Assembly: GCA_001785985.1 (NCBI GenBank)
Contig: MFVE01000005.1
Location: 233,771 to 297,770, forward strand
Source of the DNA: Candidatus Nomurabacteria bacterium RIFCSPLOWO2_01_FULL_42_17
Lineage (GTDB): Bacteria; Patescibacteriota; Minisyncoccia; Phycocordibacterales; UBA9973
Direction of reading: 5' to 3'
DNA length: 64,000 nt
The notes beneath the pieces are model-generated. The model did no database searches, was not told the origin of the DNA, and saw nothing but the letters and a program-made list of their open reading frames with translations. Both the position numbers and the translations under genes were made by a program. Shown here one piece after another: positions 1 to 9,053 of the stretch; position 1 is the stretch's first letter; every line of letters starts with the position of its first letter.

Positions 1-1096
1 CATGGTCGAGAGCTTTACCGATGTCGTGTACCAATGCTCCGGCTTTGGCGATGGCGACATCTGCGCCGAGCTCTTCAGCAAGCATTCCGGCAATGTGCGC
101 CATTTCTATAGAGTGTTGCAGGACGTTTTGTCCATAACTGGTGCGGAAATATAAGCGTCCGATAATAGCCACAATGCGCGGATCGAAATTTAATATTCCA
201 CATTCGTAGACTGCTTGTTCGCCTTTCTCTTTAATTATTTTATTTATTTCTTCTTTGGCTCTTTCCACCAGCTCTTCTATCTTGGCCGGCTGAATGCGTC
301 CGTCCAGAATTAAATTCTCTAGTGCCAAACGCGCCACTTGTCTCCTGATTGGATCAAAGGAAGAGATGACAATGGATCCAGGAGTGTCGTCAACAATTAG
401 CTCTACTCCGGAAGCTCGTTCAAAAGCGCGGATATTTCTGCCTTCTTTTCCTATTATTTTTCCCTTAATTTCATTGTTCGGGATAGAGACGACAGTGGTC
501 ATCAATTCGGATGCCGTGCTGGATGCCAGGCGTTGGATACTCGTCGCTAATATGTCTTTCGCTCTGCGGTCTAATTTTTCTTGGTTGCTATTTTCTAGCT
601 TTTGAATCCTAGTCAAGATATCTTCTTCGTATTTCTTTTCAATATCTTTCAAAAGTTCTTCTTTAGCGTCTCCCTCTGTCAATTTCGCCACTCTTTCTAA
701 TTCTACTCTTTTTTCTTCCTCTATTTTTACCACTTTTTCTTGGATCTTTTTTATTTCTTCTACTTTGTTTTTTATATTATCAACTTCTTTATTTATCTCC
801 ACTTGACGTGTATCCAGAAACTCGTCTTTTTTCACGAGTCTTAATTCTTTTTCTTTCCATTCGATATCTTTTTTCTTTTCTTCCTCTTTTAATTCTACTA
901 GTTTCTTTTCCGACGCTTTCTTTGCCTCGTCAGTAATTTTCTGCGCTTCTTCTTTGGCCGCTACCATCATCTGCTTGATATCAATTTCGATGGATCGTCT
1001 CTTGCCGAGGGCGACTATGACGCGCAAATAATATCCTACACCCACACCTAAAACAAGCGCTACTGCGCTTATCAGAATTATCATTAATGTACTCAT
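1..1096 (-). CDS. rny: Ribonuclease Y (RNase Y), 3' end truncated by window edge; start codon ATG at 1096
   Basis: Manual reverse-strand translation from 1096 gives an N-terminal TM helix (MSTLMIILISAVALVLGVGVGYYL), a coiled-coil, a KH motif (IIGKEGRNIRAFERASGVELIVDD) and the start of an HD domain (HSIEMAHIAGMLAEELGADV...HDIGK). No stop codon before position 1. Confidence 0.8.
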   Translation of the reverse strand, partial: MSTLMIILISAVALVLGVGVGYYLRVIVALGKRRSIEIDIKQMMVAAKEEAQKITDEAKKASEKKLVELKEEEKKKDIEWKEKELRLVKKDEFLDTRQVEINKEVDNIKNKVEEIKKIQEKVVKIEEEKRVELERVAKLTEGDAKEELLKDIEKKYEEDILTRIQKLENSNQEKLDRRAKDILATSIQRLASSTASELMTTVVSIPNNEIKGKIIGKEGRNIRAFERASGVELIVDDTPGSIVISSFDPIRRQVARLALENLILDGRIQPAKIEELVERAKEEINKIIKEKGEQAVYECGILNFDPRIVAIIGRLYFRTSYGQNVLQHSIEMAHIAGMLAEELGADVAIAKAGALVHDIGKALDH

Positions 1097-1278
1097 AAGC
1101 TTATGTCAGCTTACAAGAATACGCCACTATATTTGCGGTTGTATTTCCTCCAAGGTAAAGATTTGAAAATTTTCGCTAGGACACTTCATAATATATTGGA
1201 TATTCTCCTAAACCGATAAAATAAAATTTCTAAAATTCAACGAGTTTAGTATAACAAACAATATATTAAATGTCCAGT

Positions 1279-1893
1279 CTAATTATCGGATTTTCCTTTG
1301 TTTTTCTCTGGAGCTTTGGATTTAGTGACTATTTCGTCGATAATTCCATAGTTTTTTGCCTCCGGCGCATCCATGAAAAAATCTCTTTCGACATCTTTTT
1401 CTATTTGTGGCAGGGACTTGCCGGTATTTTTCGCTAAAAGTTTATTTAAATTATCTCTGGTTTTCAGAATGTGTTTGGCGGTAATGGCGATGTCTGTCGC
1501 CTGGCCTTCTACGCCGCCCATCGGTTGGTGGATCATAACTTCAGCATTCGGCAAGATGTAACGCTTGCCTTTTTTGCCAGCCGACAAAATAATCGCTCCG
1601 CCGGAGGCAGCTAGGCCGACGCAAAAAGTGGAAATGTCTGGACGCACATGATTCATCGTGTCCACGATCGCCATCGTGGAAGTGACGGATCCGCCGGGGG
1701 AATTGATGTAAAGAAAAATATCTTTTTTACTATCTTCTGACTCTAAAAAGAGTAATTGAGCAATGACAATGTTGGCGGTATGATCGTCTATTGGTCCGCC
1801 CAAAAATATGATGCGCTCTCTTAGGAGCCTAGAATAAATATCATAAGCCCGCTCCCCAAATTGTGATTTTTCTATGACTGTAGGTATTAACAT
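1279..1893 (-). CDS. clpP: ATP-dependent Clp protease proteolytic subunit ClpP
   Basis: 204 aa. Typical ClpP sequence with the Ser-His-Asp catalytic context ([24 protein letters not shown]). It lies directly downstream of tig, the classical tig-clpP order. Confidence 0.92.
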   Translation of the reverse strand: MLIPTVIEKSQFGERAYDIYSRLLRERIIFLGGPIDDHTANIVIAQLLFLESEDSKKDIFLYINSPGGSVTSTMAIVDTMNHVRPDISTFCVGLAASGGAIILSAGKKGKRYILPNAEVMIHQPMGGVEGQATDIAITAKHILKTRDNLNKLLAKNTGKSLPQIEKDVERDFFMDAPEAKNYGIIDEIVTKSKAPEKNKGKSDN

Positions 1894-1928
1894 ACTTACA
1901 TAGTATATCTAATTTAAAAATTTTTCAA

Positions 1929-2978
1929 CTATTGACTCTCTAAAAATTGAAAGATTTTTTCGTTAGTGAAAACATTTTCGGCGTGCATGCGGGCGCGGTC
2001 GGGGTCGGCTTCTTTGTAGTGTTCTAAGATGTGGGCGACTTCTTTAGCGACCGCCTCTTCGTCGGCCACTATTTTTTCCGCTTTGGCTATTTCATTCAAG
2101 ATTAAGGCCAGCTTGGCTTTCTTTTCCGCTTCAATTCTGAATTCACTACGCAAATTTTCTTTTGTTTTATTTAAATGTTTCAAATAATCTTCAAACTTCA
2201 GTCCCATCTGGGTGATGTCGGACTCCATTCTGTATAAAATTTTATCCAATTCGGCTTCTACCAGGATATTTGGCACATCCATCGTGCTCTCTTCTATGAT
2301 TTTTTCAATGATTTTTAATCTTGTTTTTTCTTTTAGCTGATTTTCCTTTTCCAGCTTGATATTTTCTTTGAGTTTTATTTTAAAATCATTTATATCTTTG
2401 AATGGTCCGAGAGCTTGCACAAATGCATCATCGAATGGAGGAAGTTCTGGTTCCGGATGTGTTTCTCCTTCTTTGTGCTGATGTTCAGTCACATTTACCT
2501 TTGGCGCGCGAGATTTTCTGATATCCATGATGGTATCTTCCAGATCTTTTTCGGTCACAGTTATATTTTTTTCGGCTTCGGTGATGCTCTGATTTACCCC
2601 TTTAGCGATATTTTTGTAATCCGGGAGTTTAATTTCCGGCAAAATCGCTGTCTTGATCTTAAATTCGAGCGGATTTTTGCGAACAAGCTTGGTGATGGCG
2701 ATTTCTGGCCGGCCGATGGCGTCGATCTTTTCTCCTTCTATTATTTTTGGATAATGCTCCGAGAGCGCGAGATTGGCCATCTCTTCCAAGATGGTAATTT
2801 CGGGTATTTTAGACAGCAAAACATTTTCTGGTATTTTACCTTTTCTAAAACCGTCTAATTCTAAATTTTCACCGAGCCTTTTTAAAGCTTTAGTAAAGTA
2901 AGTTTCGAAAATATCAGCCTCTAATTCTCCCTCGACTTCTACCTCGCTTTTCGGTAATTTTTTAACTGTTATTTTCAT
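1929..2978 (-). CDS. tig: Trigger factor (short form, 349 aa)
   Basis: N-terminal ribosome-binding domain motif GFRKGKIP. Position upstream of clpP. A coiled C-terminal chaperone arm. Confidence 0.8.
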   Translation of the reverse strand: MKITVKKLPKSEVEVEGELEADIFETYFTKALKRLGENLELDGFRKGKIPENVLLSKIPEITILEEMANLALSEHYPKIIEGEKIDAIGRPEIAITKLVRKNPLEFKIKTAILPEIKLPDYKNIAKGVNQSITEAEKNITVTEKDLEDTIMDIRKSRAPKVNVTEHQHKEGETHPEPELPPFDDAFVQALGPFKDINDFKIKLKENIKLEKENQLKEKTRLKIIEKIIEESTMDVPNILVEAELDKILYRMESDITQMGLKFEDYLKHLNKTKENLRSEFRIEAEKKAKLALILNEIAKAEKIVADEEAVAKEVAHILEHYKEADPDRARMHAENVFTNEKIFQFLESQ

Positions 2979-2995
2979 TTCGTCTAGTTTACAGC

Positions 2996-3220
2996 CTAGT
3001 TTACAGTATTGGCATCAACGCCGGTATTTGAATCTGTGGATTCAGCTTCTAACTCTAATGAGTCTAAGGTTTCGCTATCCTCATGCGTCAAATTTTCCGA
3101 TGGAGTTTGTTCCGCCCCTTTTGGATTTGACATCCAGATATATATACCGCCGATGATGAGGATGATAATGATAACTACTAAGCCAACGAGCGATCCATTT
3201 GATTTTTTTTCTGGTTCCAT
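2996..3220 (-). CDS. Small hypothetical membrane protein (74 aa, one TM helix)
   Basis: ORF with a strong hydrophobic segment (LVGLVVIIIILIIGGIYIW). No recognisable family. Confidence 0.35.
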   Translation of the reverse strand: MEPEKKSNGSLVGLVVIIIILIIGGIYIWMSNPKGAEQTPSENLTHEDSETLDSLELEAESTDSNTGVDANTVN

Positions 3221-3238
3221 TTTTTGTTTAGTTAAAAG

Positions 3239-3883
3239 TTATAAAGTTTCGGCCTCAACTTTCATCTCAGCTTCCATTTTTATCTTCACTGCATCTTTTA
3301 GTGATTTTATTGCCTCACGGAGAGCTTGATGAGTTTCTTTGATCAGAGCTTGGATATCTTTGGCCAGTGTCCTCAAGGCTGTTTTATTTTCTGCCGTTAG
3401 TTCGTCACTGGAGGCCGATAATAGGGCATTAGCTTCTGCGATCTTATCCTTGGCGCCAGTTAATTTCAATTCGGCTGTTGCGACCAAATTTTCTGCGATC
3501 GTGACGTCCACTCCTTTCCCGCTCAATTTGGTTATATTGGCTTCGACTTTGTTTGTTAGGTTGGACATTCTCTCTACCGCTCCATCGAATCTATGCAAAG
3601 CTCTCTCTCGTCCGACTATTCTTTCCTCTTTCATCTTTGCCTTCATCACATCTCTCTCAGTTTTAATTTGGGCTCTCAAATCCTCGATTTTTTTCTTCGA
3701 TTCTTCCCTTTTAGTTTTTATCTCAGCTTCCAAAGCTTGACGAGTGATTTTAAAATCAGCCTTAGCCTTGATTCTAGCCTCTACCGATGCGCTTATCTCT
3801 GCTTTTGCCGTTTGTGTATTTGCAATAAACGTCATTGCCAAAACAACAAACAAACCAACTGAAAATCCTAAATATTTTTTCAT
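3239..3883 (-). CDS. Secreted coiled-coil hypothetical protein (signal peptide plus long helical repeats)
   Basis: N-terminal signal peptide (MKKYLGFSVGLFVVLAMTFIANTQTAKA) followed by K/E/A-rich helical sequence. No family recognised. Confidence 0.5.
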   Translation of the reverse strand: MKKYLGFSVGLFVVLAMTFIANTQTAKAEISASVEARIKAKADFKITRQALEAEIKTKREESKKKIEDLRAQIKTERDVMKAKMKEERIVGRERALHRFDGAVERMSNLTNKVEANITKLSGKGVDVTIAENLVATAELKLTGAKDKIAEANALLSASSDELTAENKTALRTLAKDIQALIKETHQALREAIKSLKDAVKIKMEAEMKVEAETL

Positions 3884-3941
3884 AGTTTTGTAAGTTAAAA
3901 AACTAATAATCTTGACCTTATCTCATTATACACACAACAAA

Positions 3942-4478
3942 TTATTTTCCAAACTTGGCTGCGTATAGTTTTTGACCATGCTTGATGGTTTCGATCGCTT
4001 CAGCTTTGCCTTTCCATCCGTGCACTTTTACAATTACAGGCTTTTTCTTTAGGAGTTTTCCGGTTTCGTAAAAGTGAGAATATTCGCGCAAAGAGTGTTT
4101 GTTTAAATCTGCCAAATCTTTTACATCATCCCAGCGCATGTCGTCTATAGGCACAGCTATGATTTTATTGTCCGATTCTCCGTCGTCCGTCATCTCCATC
4201 AGGGCGACTGGACGAGCATTGACCAGTATTCCAGGATGAATCGGGTAGGTAGAGAGCAGAATCACATCGAGGGCATCGCCATCTTCCCATAATGTCTTTG
4301 GAATAAAACCGTAATCATACGGAAAAGCGGCGGGCCCGTAGTTTGCCCGATCTAATTTTATGAGGCCGGTTTCTTTGTCGATCTCATATTTATTATGAGA
4401 TCCTTTTGGAATTTCAATTATGCAATTGAATTCCTCCGGAGCATTTTTGCCTATTGTTATGTCGTGCCAAAGGTTCAT
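3942..4478 (-). CDS. ppa: Inorganic pyrophosphatase (family I)
   Basis: NLWHDITIG...EIPKGSHNKYEIDKETG...PYDYGFIP...DGDALDVIL match family I PPase. The tracked ORF continues to a TTG at 4550, but that 24-codon extension is made of a GC-rich hairpin repeat. The ATG at 4478 (MNLWHD) is taken as the real start. Confidence 0.85.
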   Translation of the reverse strand: MNLWHDITIGKNAPEEFNCIIEIPKGSHNKYEIDKETGLIKLDRANYGPAAFPYDYGFIPKTLWEDGDALDVILLSTYPIHPGILVNARPVALMEMTDDGESDNKIIAVPIDDMRWDDVKDLADLNKHSLREYSHFYETGKLLKKKPVIVKVHGWKGKAEAIETIKHGQKLYAAKFGK

Positions 4479-4502
4479 ACTATTGAGTATAACTTTATTT
4501 TT

Positions 4503-4539
4503 CCCCGCCTGCAACGCTTTGCGTAGCATTACGGGCAGG
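4503..4539. repeat. GC-rich palindromic repeat, family A, copy 1 (CCTGCCCGyAATGCT...GCAGGCGGGG)
   Basis: The minus-strand reading, cctgcccgtaatgctacgcaaagcgttgcaggcgggg, shares both termini with the copies at 13660-13698 and 35053-35092. Confidence 0.7.
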
Positions 4540-4550
4540 TTTTTTTTCAA

Positions 4551-4590
4551 GCCCGACGCTTGCGGTCGGGCCCCCGACTTTACGTCGGGG
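4551..4590 (-). terminator. Tandem GC-rich hairpins downstream of nusA (overlapping its stop codon)
   Basis: gcccgac-gcttgcg-gtcgggc and ccccgac-tttac-gtcgggg lie back to back. On the minus strand they follow the nusA stop. Confidence 0.45.
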
Positions 4591-5740
4591 ACTGTTCGCT
4601 TTTGATCTCTTCGTCGCTTGCTACTGTTTTGCCGTCGCCTTTGATATCTATTCTCCAGCCGGTGAGTTTGGCTGCGAGGCGCACATTTTGTCCGCCTTTG
4701 CCGATAGCGAGCGAGAGCTGATCATCCGCCACTTCGATGGTGGCTTTGTGCGCTTCTTCGTCGATTTCAATGGAAATAACTTTAGCTGGTGAGATTGAAT
4801 TCGCCACAAAAACTTTGGTATCGAGAGACCAAGGTATTATGTCAATCTTCTCACCGCCTAATTCCTGCGTAATGGTGTTCACTCGGGTGCCTTTTTGCCC
4901 GACGCATGAGCCGACAGCATCGATGTGCTCGTCATTTGAATGGACTGCTATTTTGGAACGAGCGCCCGGTTCTCGCGCTATAAATTTTATTTCAACAATT
5001 CCATTTTGGATTTCTGGCGCCTCGATCGCAAAAAGTTTCTCGATGAATTTCGGATGAGTGCGAGAGAGACGCAGGTTGATACCTCTGGGCGTATCCTCTA
5101 CGTTGTAGAGGTATGCTCGTACACGCTGTCCTCTTTGGAAAAATTCTCCGGGAATCTGTTCTTCGGCCGGCAATATGCCAGTGGCGCGGTTGAAGTCAAT
5201 ATACACATTTCCTCTTTCGACTTTTTGCACGATTCCTCCGATTATTTCTCCTTCTTTTGTCCCGTATTCATCAATGATAGATGTGCGTTCCGCTTCGCGA
5301 ATCTTCTGGATTATGACTTGCTTGGCAGTCTGGGCGGCGATGCGTCCGTAATCTTCTTTTGTTTCAAGTGGAAAGACAATTTCATCATTCAGCTCCACCC
5401 CTTTTTTTATTTTTTTTGCGTCTTCCAAAAGGATATGATGCTCTGCATTAAAATGCACGCGCTCATCATCTTTTTCCTTTAATGAATATTCGCCTTCGTT
5501 TTTTTTGTCTGCATCTATGATCGCGATGGTTTCATCTACCACGATTTTTATTTGAAAGAACTCCGTTTTACCTGTTTCCAGGTCAAATTTTGATCGGATG
5601 ATTTGTCCTTTTTTGCCGTAATCTTTTTTGTAGGCGGCCGCCATCGCTTGCTCGATCGCGTCGAGTATTTTTTCTTTGGGAATTTTTCTTTCTTCTTCTA
5701 ATTGCTCTAAAGCTGATTTAAATGTTTTTAGATCTAACAT
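4580..5740 (-). CDS. nusA: Transcription termination/antitermination factor NusA
   Basis: 386 aa. N-terminal NusA domain, S1 domain and two KH domains (GEKIDIIPWS, AIGKGGQNVRLAAKLTGWRIDIK). Confidence 0.9.
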   Translation of the reverse strand: MLDLKTFKSALEQLEEERKIPKEKILDAIEQAMAAAYKKDYGKKGQIIRSKFDLETGKTEFFQIKIVVDETIAIIDADKKNEGEYSLKEKDDERVHFNAEHHILLEDAKKIKKGVELNDEIVFPLETKEDYGRIAAQTAKQVIIQKIREAERTSIIDEYGTKEGEIIGGIVQKVERGNVYIDFNRATGILPAEEQIPGEFFQRGQRVRAYLYNVEDTPRGINLRLSRTHPKFIEKLFAIEAPEIQNGIVEIKFIAREPGARSKIAVHSNDEHIDAVGSCVGQKGTRVNTITQELGGEKIDIIPWSLDTKVFVANSISPAKVISIEIDEEAHKATIEVADDQLSLAIGKGGQNVRLAAKLTGWRIDIKGDGKTVASDEEIKSEQSPT

Positions 5741-5760
5741 AGTGATTTATTAAATTTTAT

Positions 5761-5785
5761 AAAAAAAGCCCTGTTTCGACAGGAC
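5761..5785 (-). promoter_or_regulatory. Hairpin plus U7 tract in the nusA 5' leader (possible NusA-autoregulatory attenuator)
   Basis: On the minus strand, gtcctgtcgaaacagggc is followed by ttttttt about 20 nt before the nusA AUG. Confidence 0.3.
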
Positions 5786-5960
5786 TCATACGGAGTGATA
5801 ATATCACAATTTATCTTTCAATGCAACTTTTTTGGATGGGTGTGGACAGGGTAGTAGATTTTGACGAAGCCCTTTGGGCGCGCTACGCGCATCGCCAAAA
5901 TTCACTACCCTGTGGATAAGTGAGATTGAGGCACTCTATAATAGAGAGTATAATGTGATT

Positions 5961-7178
5961 ATGAAAATTTCTTCTTTAAAAATTTCTTTTGGACTAGCTT
6001 TTTCTTTTTTTTCTTTCTTATTTTTCTTATTCTACTTATTCTCTTTGCCTTTTATCGCGGGAGCTGGAGATGATGACAATATGGCCGGCTACGCTTGGTC
6101 TTCAAACATCGGCTGGATCAGTTTTAATAACACAAGCGGCGGCGGGAGTGTAGATTATGGTGTGAACAAGAACGCTGATGGCACATTAACCGGCTACGCT
6201 TGGTCTTCAAACATCGGCTGGATAAAATTCGGTGGTCTTTCTGGTTTTCCTTCTGGGGCGCAGACATATGCGCAGAATGCAAATGTGAGTGACGGTGAGC
6301 TAAGAGGATGGGCGAGAGCTTGTGCTGGTATGGATGATGAACCGCCTACACCGCCGAACCAAACAACTCCCAATAATACTTGTAGTGGTGATTCACGTAC
6401 TGATGGTTGGGACGGTTGGATCTCTCTTGCTGGCACGGGCTATGGCGTAACTTTGTCCGGTACTAGTTTCGAGGGTTATGCTTGGGGCTCGGATGTTGTA
6501 GGCTGGGTTGATTTTAGTGGTGTTGTTGTCGGCGCCGGCACTGGTACCTGCACTGATAGCACCCAAAATGGAGACGAAACAGGCATTGATGCCGGCGGTC
6601 GTTGCGACGAGGGTACTTGCTCGGATGGCATCCAGAACGGAAATGAAACTGCGGAAGATAGTGGCGGCCGTTGCGGAGCTGGCACCTGCACTGATGGCAG
6701 TCAAAATGGAGATGAAACAGATATTGACACTGGTGGCCGTTGTGACGAGGGCACTTGCTCGGATGGCATCCAGAACGGAAATGAAACTGCGGAAGATAAC
6801 GGCGGCCGTTGCGGAGTTAGCACTTGCTCGGATGATACCAAGAACGGTAATGAAACTGCAGTTGATTATGGCGGTCGTTGTATTGTAGAAGGCGACTGGA
6901 GTGATTGGAGCCCATGCGTGGGCGGTGATCAAACTCGTACTTGTACGAATCCGCCACCTTCCGGCGGTGGAGCTAATTGTAGCGGACCTTCTTCGCGAGT
7001 TTGCGGTTCTTCCGAAGACGGTACTTGTTCCCAAACTCATTACGACTGTTCTTCTCAAGAGACGAGCATCAATCAGATCAGCAGCCCTACCAAGTGGACA
7101 TGGACTTGTCCTGGCTCAGATGGCGGCGCAGATATAATCTGCACCGAAACCAAACGGCCCGGATTTATAGAGGATTAA
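5961..7178 (+). CDS. Secreted Cys-rich repeat protein with thrombospondin-like motifs (pilus-adjacent putative adhesin)
   Basis: The start is moved to the ATG at 5961 (MKISSLKISFGLAF... signal peptide, preceded by tataat). The protein has three GYAWSSNIGWIxF repeats, five to six tandem ~21-aa units of TC(S/T)DGxQNG(N/D)ETxxDxGGRC, and then DWSDWSPCVGGDQTRTCTNPPP..C.G, which resembles a TSP type-1 repeat. Confidence 0.65.
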   Translation: MKISSLKISFGLAFSFFSFLFFLFYLFSLPFIAGAGDDDNMAGYAWSSNIGWISFNNTSGGGSVDYGVNKNADGTLTGYAWSSNIGWIKFGGLSGFPSGAQTYAQNANVSDGELRGWARACAGMDDEPPTPPNQTTPNNTCSGDSRTDGWDGWISLAGTGYGVTLSGTSFEGYAWGSDVVGWVDFSGVVVGAGTGTCTDSTQNGDETGIDAGGRCDEGTCSDGIQNGNETAEDSGGRCGAGTCTDGSQNGDETDIDTGGRCDEGTCSDGIQNGNETAEDNGGRCGVSTCSDDTKNGNETAVDYGGRCIVEGDWSDWSPCVGGDQTRTCTNPPPSGGGANCSGPSSRVCGSSEDGTCSQTHYDCSSQETSINQISSPTKWTWTCPGSDGGADIICTETKRPGFIED

Positions 7179-7194
7179 ATGTTATACTGTAAGG

Positions 7195-8958
7195 ATGCAA
7201 ATCGATGAGGAACAGTTTAAGAAATTTATTTTAGAATCCGGACTTGTTTCTAAAACAGACTTTGATTCCGCCGCCAAGACAGCGGAGGAAAAAAAACAAA
7301 AAATTGGAAATATTTTGCTTTCCGAAGGAAAAATATCTGAAACCGATCTAAAGCGAACGGAAGCTTTCGTTTTAGGGGTGCCATTCATTAGTTTGCTCAA
7401 TGAAAAAATTGATTCGGCTGTGCTTTCTCTGATCCCTGAGCCGATCGCGCGCAATTACAACATAGTTGCCTATACCAAAAGCGAGCATGGACTGGAAGTC
7501 GCGATGCTGGATATTGATGACTTGCCAGTAATTGATTTTATTAAAAAAACTTCCGGGCTGAAAATTTTACCCAGGTTGACCGACACTTCTTCGATCAAAG
7601 CGGTACTTGTGCAATATAGGAAAAGTCTCAAAGCGGAATTTCAAAATATTATCCAGAAGGAATCTTCCACCTCTTTTGGAACTCCCGCAGATGTTGACGC
7701 GGGGAAAGAAGGCGAAAAATCGGAAAAGGCGTTAAAAGATCTGGCCGAAGATTTGCCCGTGATAAAGATTGTTGACTCTTTGATTTTTCACGCAATTTTG
7801 CAAAACGCGTCCGACATTCATATCGAACCTGGAGAACGCGAGCTCACGGTGCGCTACCGGATAGACGGTATCTTGCATGATGCCATGGTGCTCGATAAAA
7901 CCGCCGGTTCAGGGATCACTGCTCGCATCAAAGTGTTGGCGAATCTGAAACTGGATGAAAAAAGACTGCCTCAAGATGGAAGATTCAAGAAAGAACAGGA
8001 TGGAGAAAAGATTTCTTTTCGTGTTTCCACCTTACCCACTTTTTTTGGAGAAAAAACTGTCATGAGAATTTTAAAAGAAAACGCGCACGGATTTTCTCTA
8101 GAAACTCTCGGCTTCCACGGCGAAGCACTGGAGCGCATCCATAATTCTTTAATCCAAAAGACGGGAATGGTGCTAGCCACGGGACCCACAGGCTCCGGCA
8201 AGACGACGACCCTTTACACCATGCTGGATATTTTAAATAAGCCGGAAGTCAATATCTCTACGGTGGAAGATCCGATTGAATATCAAATGCCGCGGGTGAA
8301 TCAGACTCAAGTCAAGCCGGAAATCGGTTTGACTTTTGCGAATGGTCTTCGCTCGCTCCTGCGCCAAGATCCAGACATCATCATGGTGGGCGAGATACGC
8401 GATGGCGAGACGGCGGGACTGGCGGTAAATGCATCGCTGACCGGACACTTGGTTCTCTCCACTATTCATACCAATAGCGCCGCGGGTGCGATCCCGAGAC
8501 TCATCGACATGGGTATCGAACCTTTTTTGATCACCGCGACGGTGAAAGTGATCATCGCGCAGAGATTGGTGCGCAGGCTTACTTCAAATAAGGAAAAATA
8601 TTTTTTGTCGGATGCCGAATTTAAAAATTTAGCTAGAGTTGTGGATCTAGATCGGGTCCTGACATTTCTGAAAACTGAAAACATTGTAGGCGCTAAAGAT
8701 ACTTGGGATAAAATTTCTTTTTATAAACCAGTCAAGAGTACTGAGTTCGAAGATGGCTATTCAAACCGGATCGGCATGCATGAAGTTTTAAAGATTTCGC
8801 CTACTATCAAAGATATGATTATTACCGGAAAGTCTCAAGATGATATAGAGGTACAGGCGAAAAAAGAAGGCATGATGACCATGTTAGAAGACGGAGTCTA
8901 TCAAGCCGTCCTCGGCGTGACTAGCCTAGAAGAAGTATTTCGAGTTGTTTCGGAGTAA
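7195..8958 (+). CDS. pilB: Type IV pilus assembly ATPase PilB (GspE family)
   Basis: T2SSE N-domain, Walker A GPTGSGKTTT, the Asp box and His box (VGEIRD, LTGHLVLSTIHTN). 587 aa. Confidence 0.9.
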   Translation: MQIDEEQFKKFILESGLVSKTDFDSAAKTAEEKKQKIGNILLSEGKISETDLKRTEAFVLGVPFISLLNEKIDSAVLSLIPEPIARNYNIVAYTKSEHGLEVAMLDIDDLPVIDFIKKTSGLKILPRLTDTSSIKAVLVQYRKSLKAEFQNIIQKESSTSFGTPADVDAGKEGEKSEKALKDLAEDLPVIKIVDSLIFHAILQNASDIHIEPGERELTVRYRIDGILHDAMVLDKTAGSGITARIKVLANLKLDEKRLPQDGRFKKEQDGEKISFRVSTLPTFFGEKTVMRILKENAHGFSLETLGFHGEALERIHNSLIQKTGMVLATGPTGSGKTTTLYTMLDILNKPEVNISTVEDPIEYQMPRVNQTQVKPEIGLTFANGLRSLLRQDPDIIMVGEIRDGETAGLAVNASLTGHLVLSTIHTNSAAGAIPRLIDMGIEPFLITATVKVIIAQRLVRRLTSNKEKYFLSDAEFKNLARVVDLDRVLTFLKTENIVGAKDTWDKISFYKPVKSTEFEDGYSNRIGMHEVLKISPTIKDMIITGKSQDDIEVQAKKEGMMTMLEDGVYQAVLGVTSLEEVFRVVSE

Positions 8959-8963
8959 CAAAT

Positions 8964-8993
8964 TTGACAGATCTCCGTCATATTTAGCATAAT
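8964..8993 (+). promoter_or_regulatory. Sigma70-like promoter (TTGACA-N18-CATAAT) driving the inserted gene at 9054
   Basis: ttgaca at 8964-8969 and cataat at about 8988-8993, immediately after the pilB stop. Confidence 0.4.
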
Positions 8994-9024
8994 GTACAGG
9001 TAGGGTGTTCCTCAAAAATAAACA

Positions 9025-9038
9025 GGGCACATGTGCCC
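9025..9038. promoter_or_regulatory. Perfect 14-bp palindrome GGGCACATGTGCCC between promoter and SD (candidate operator)
   Basis: Seen directly. It lies 15 nt upstream of the ATG at 9054, just before an AGGAG Shine-Dalgarno. Confidence 0.35.
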
Positions 9039-9053
9039 AGAAAGGAGTAAGAC

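Noticed and set aside
3942-4550. Full 202-aa ppa ORF starting at the TTG at 4550
   Set aside because: The 24-codon extension is exactly the family-A GC-rich hairpin repeat plus a T-run. A canonical PPase N-terminus (MNLWHD) begins at the internal ATG at 4478.
6393-7058. Long antisense and out-of-frame ORFs (6393..7058 -, 6508..6888 +, 6476..6691 -) inside the Cys-repeat protein gene
   Set aside because: They are low-complexity translations of the tandem DNA repeats. The sense frame carries a signal peptide and coherent Cys spacing.
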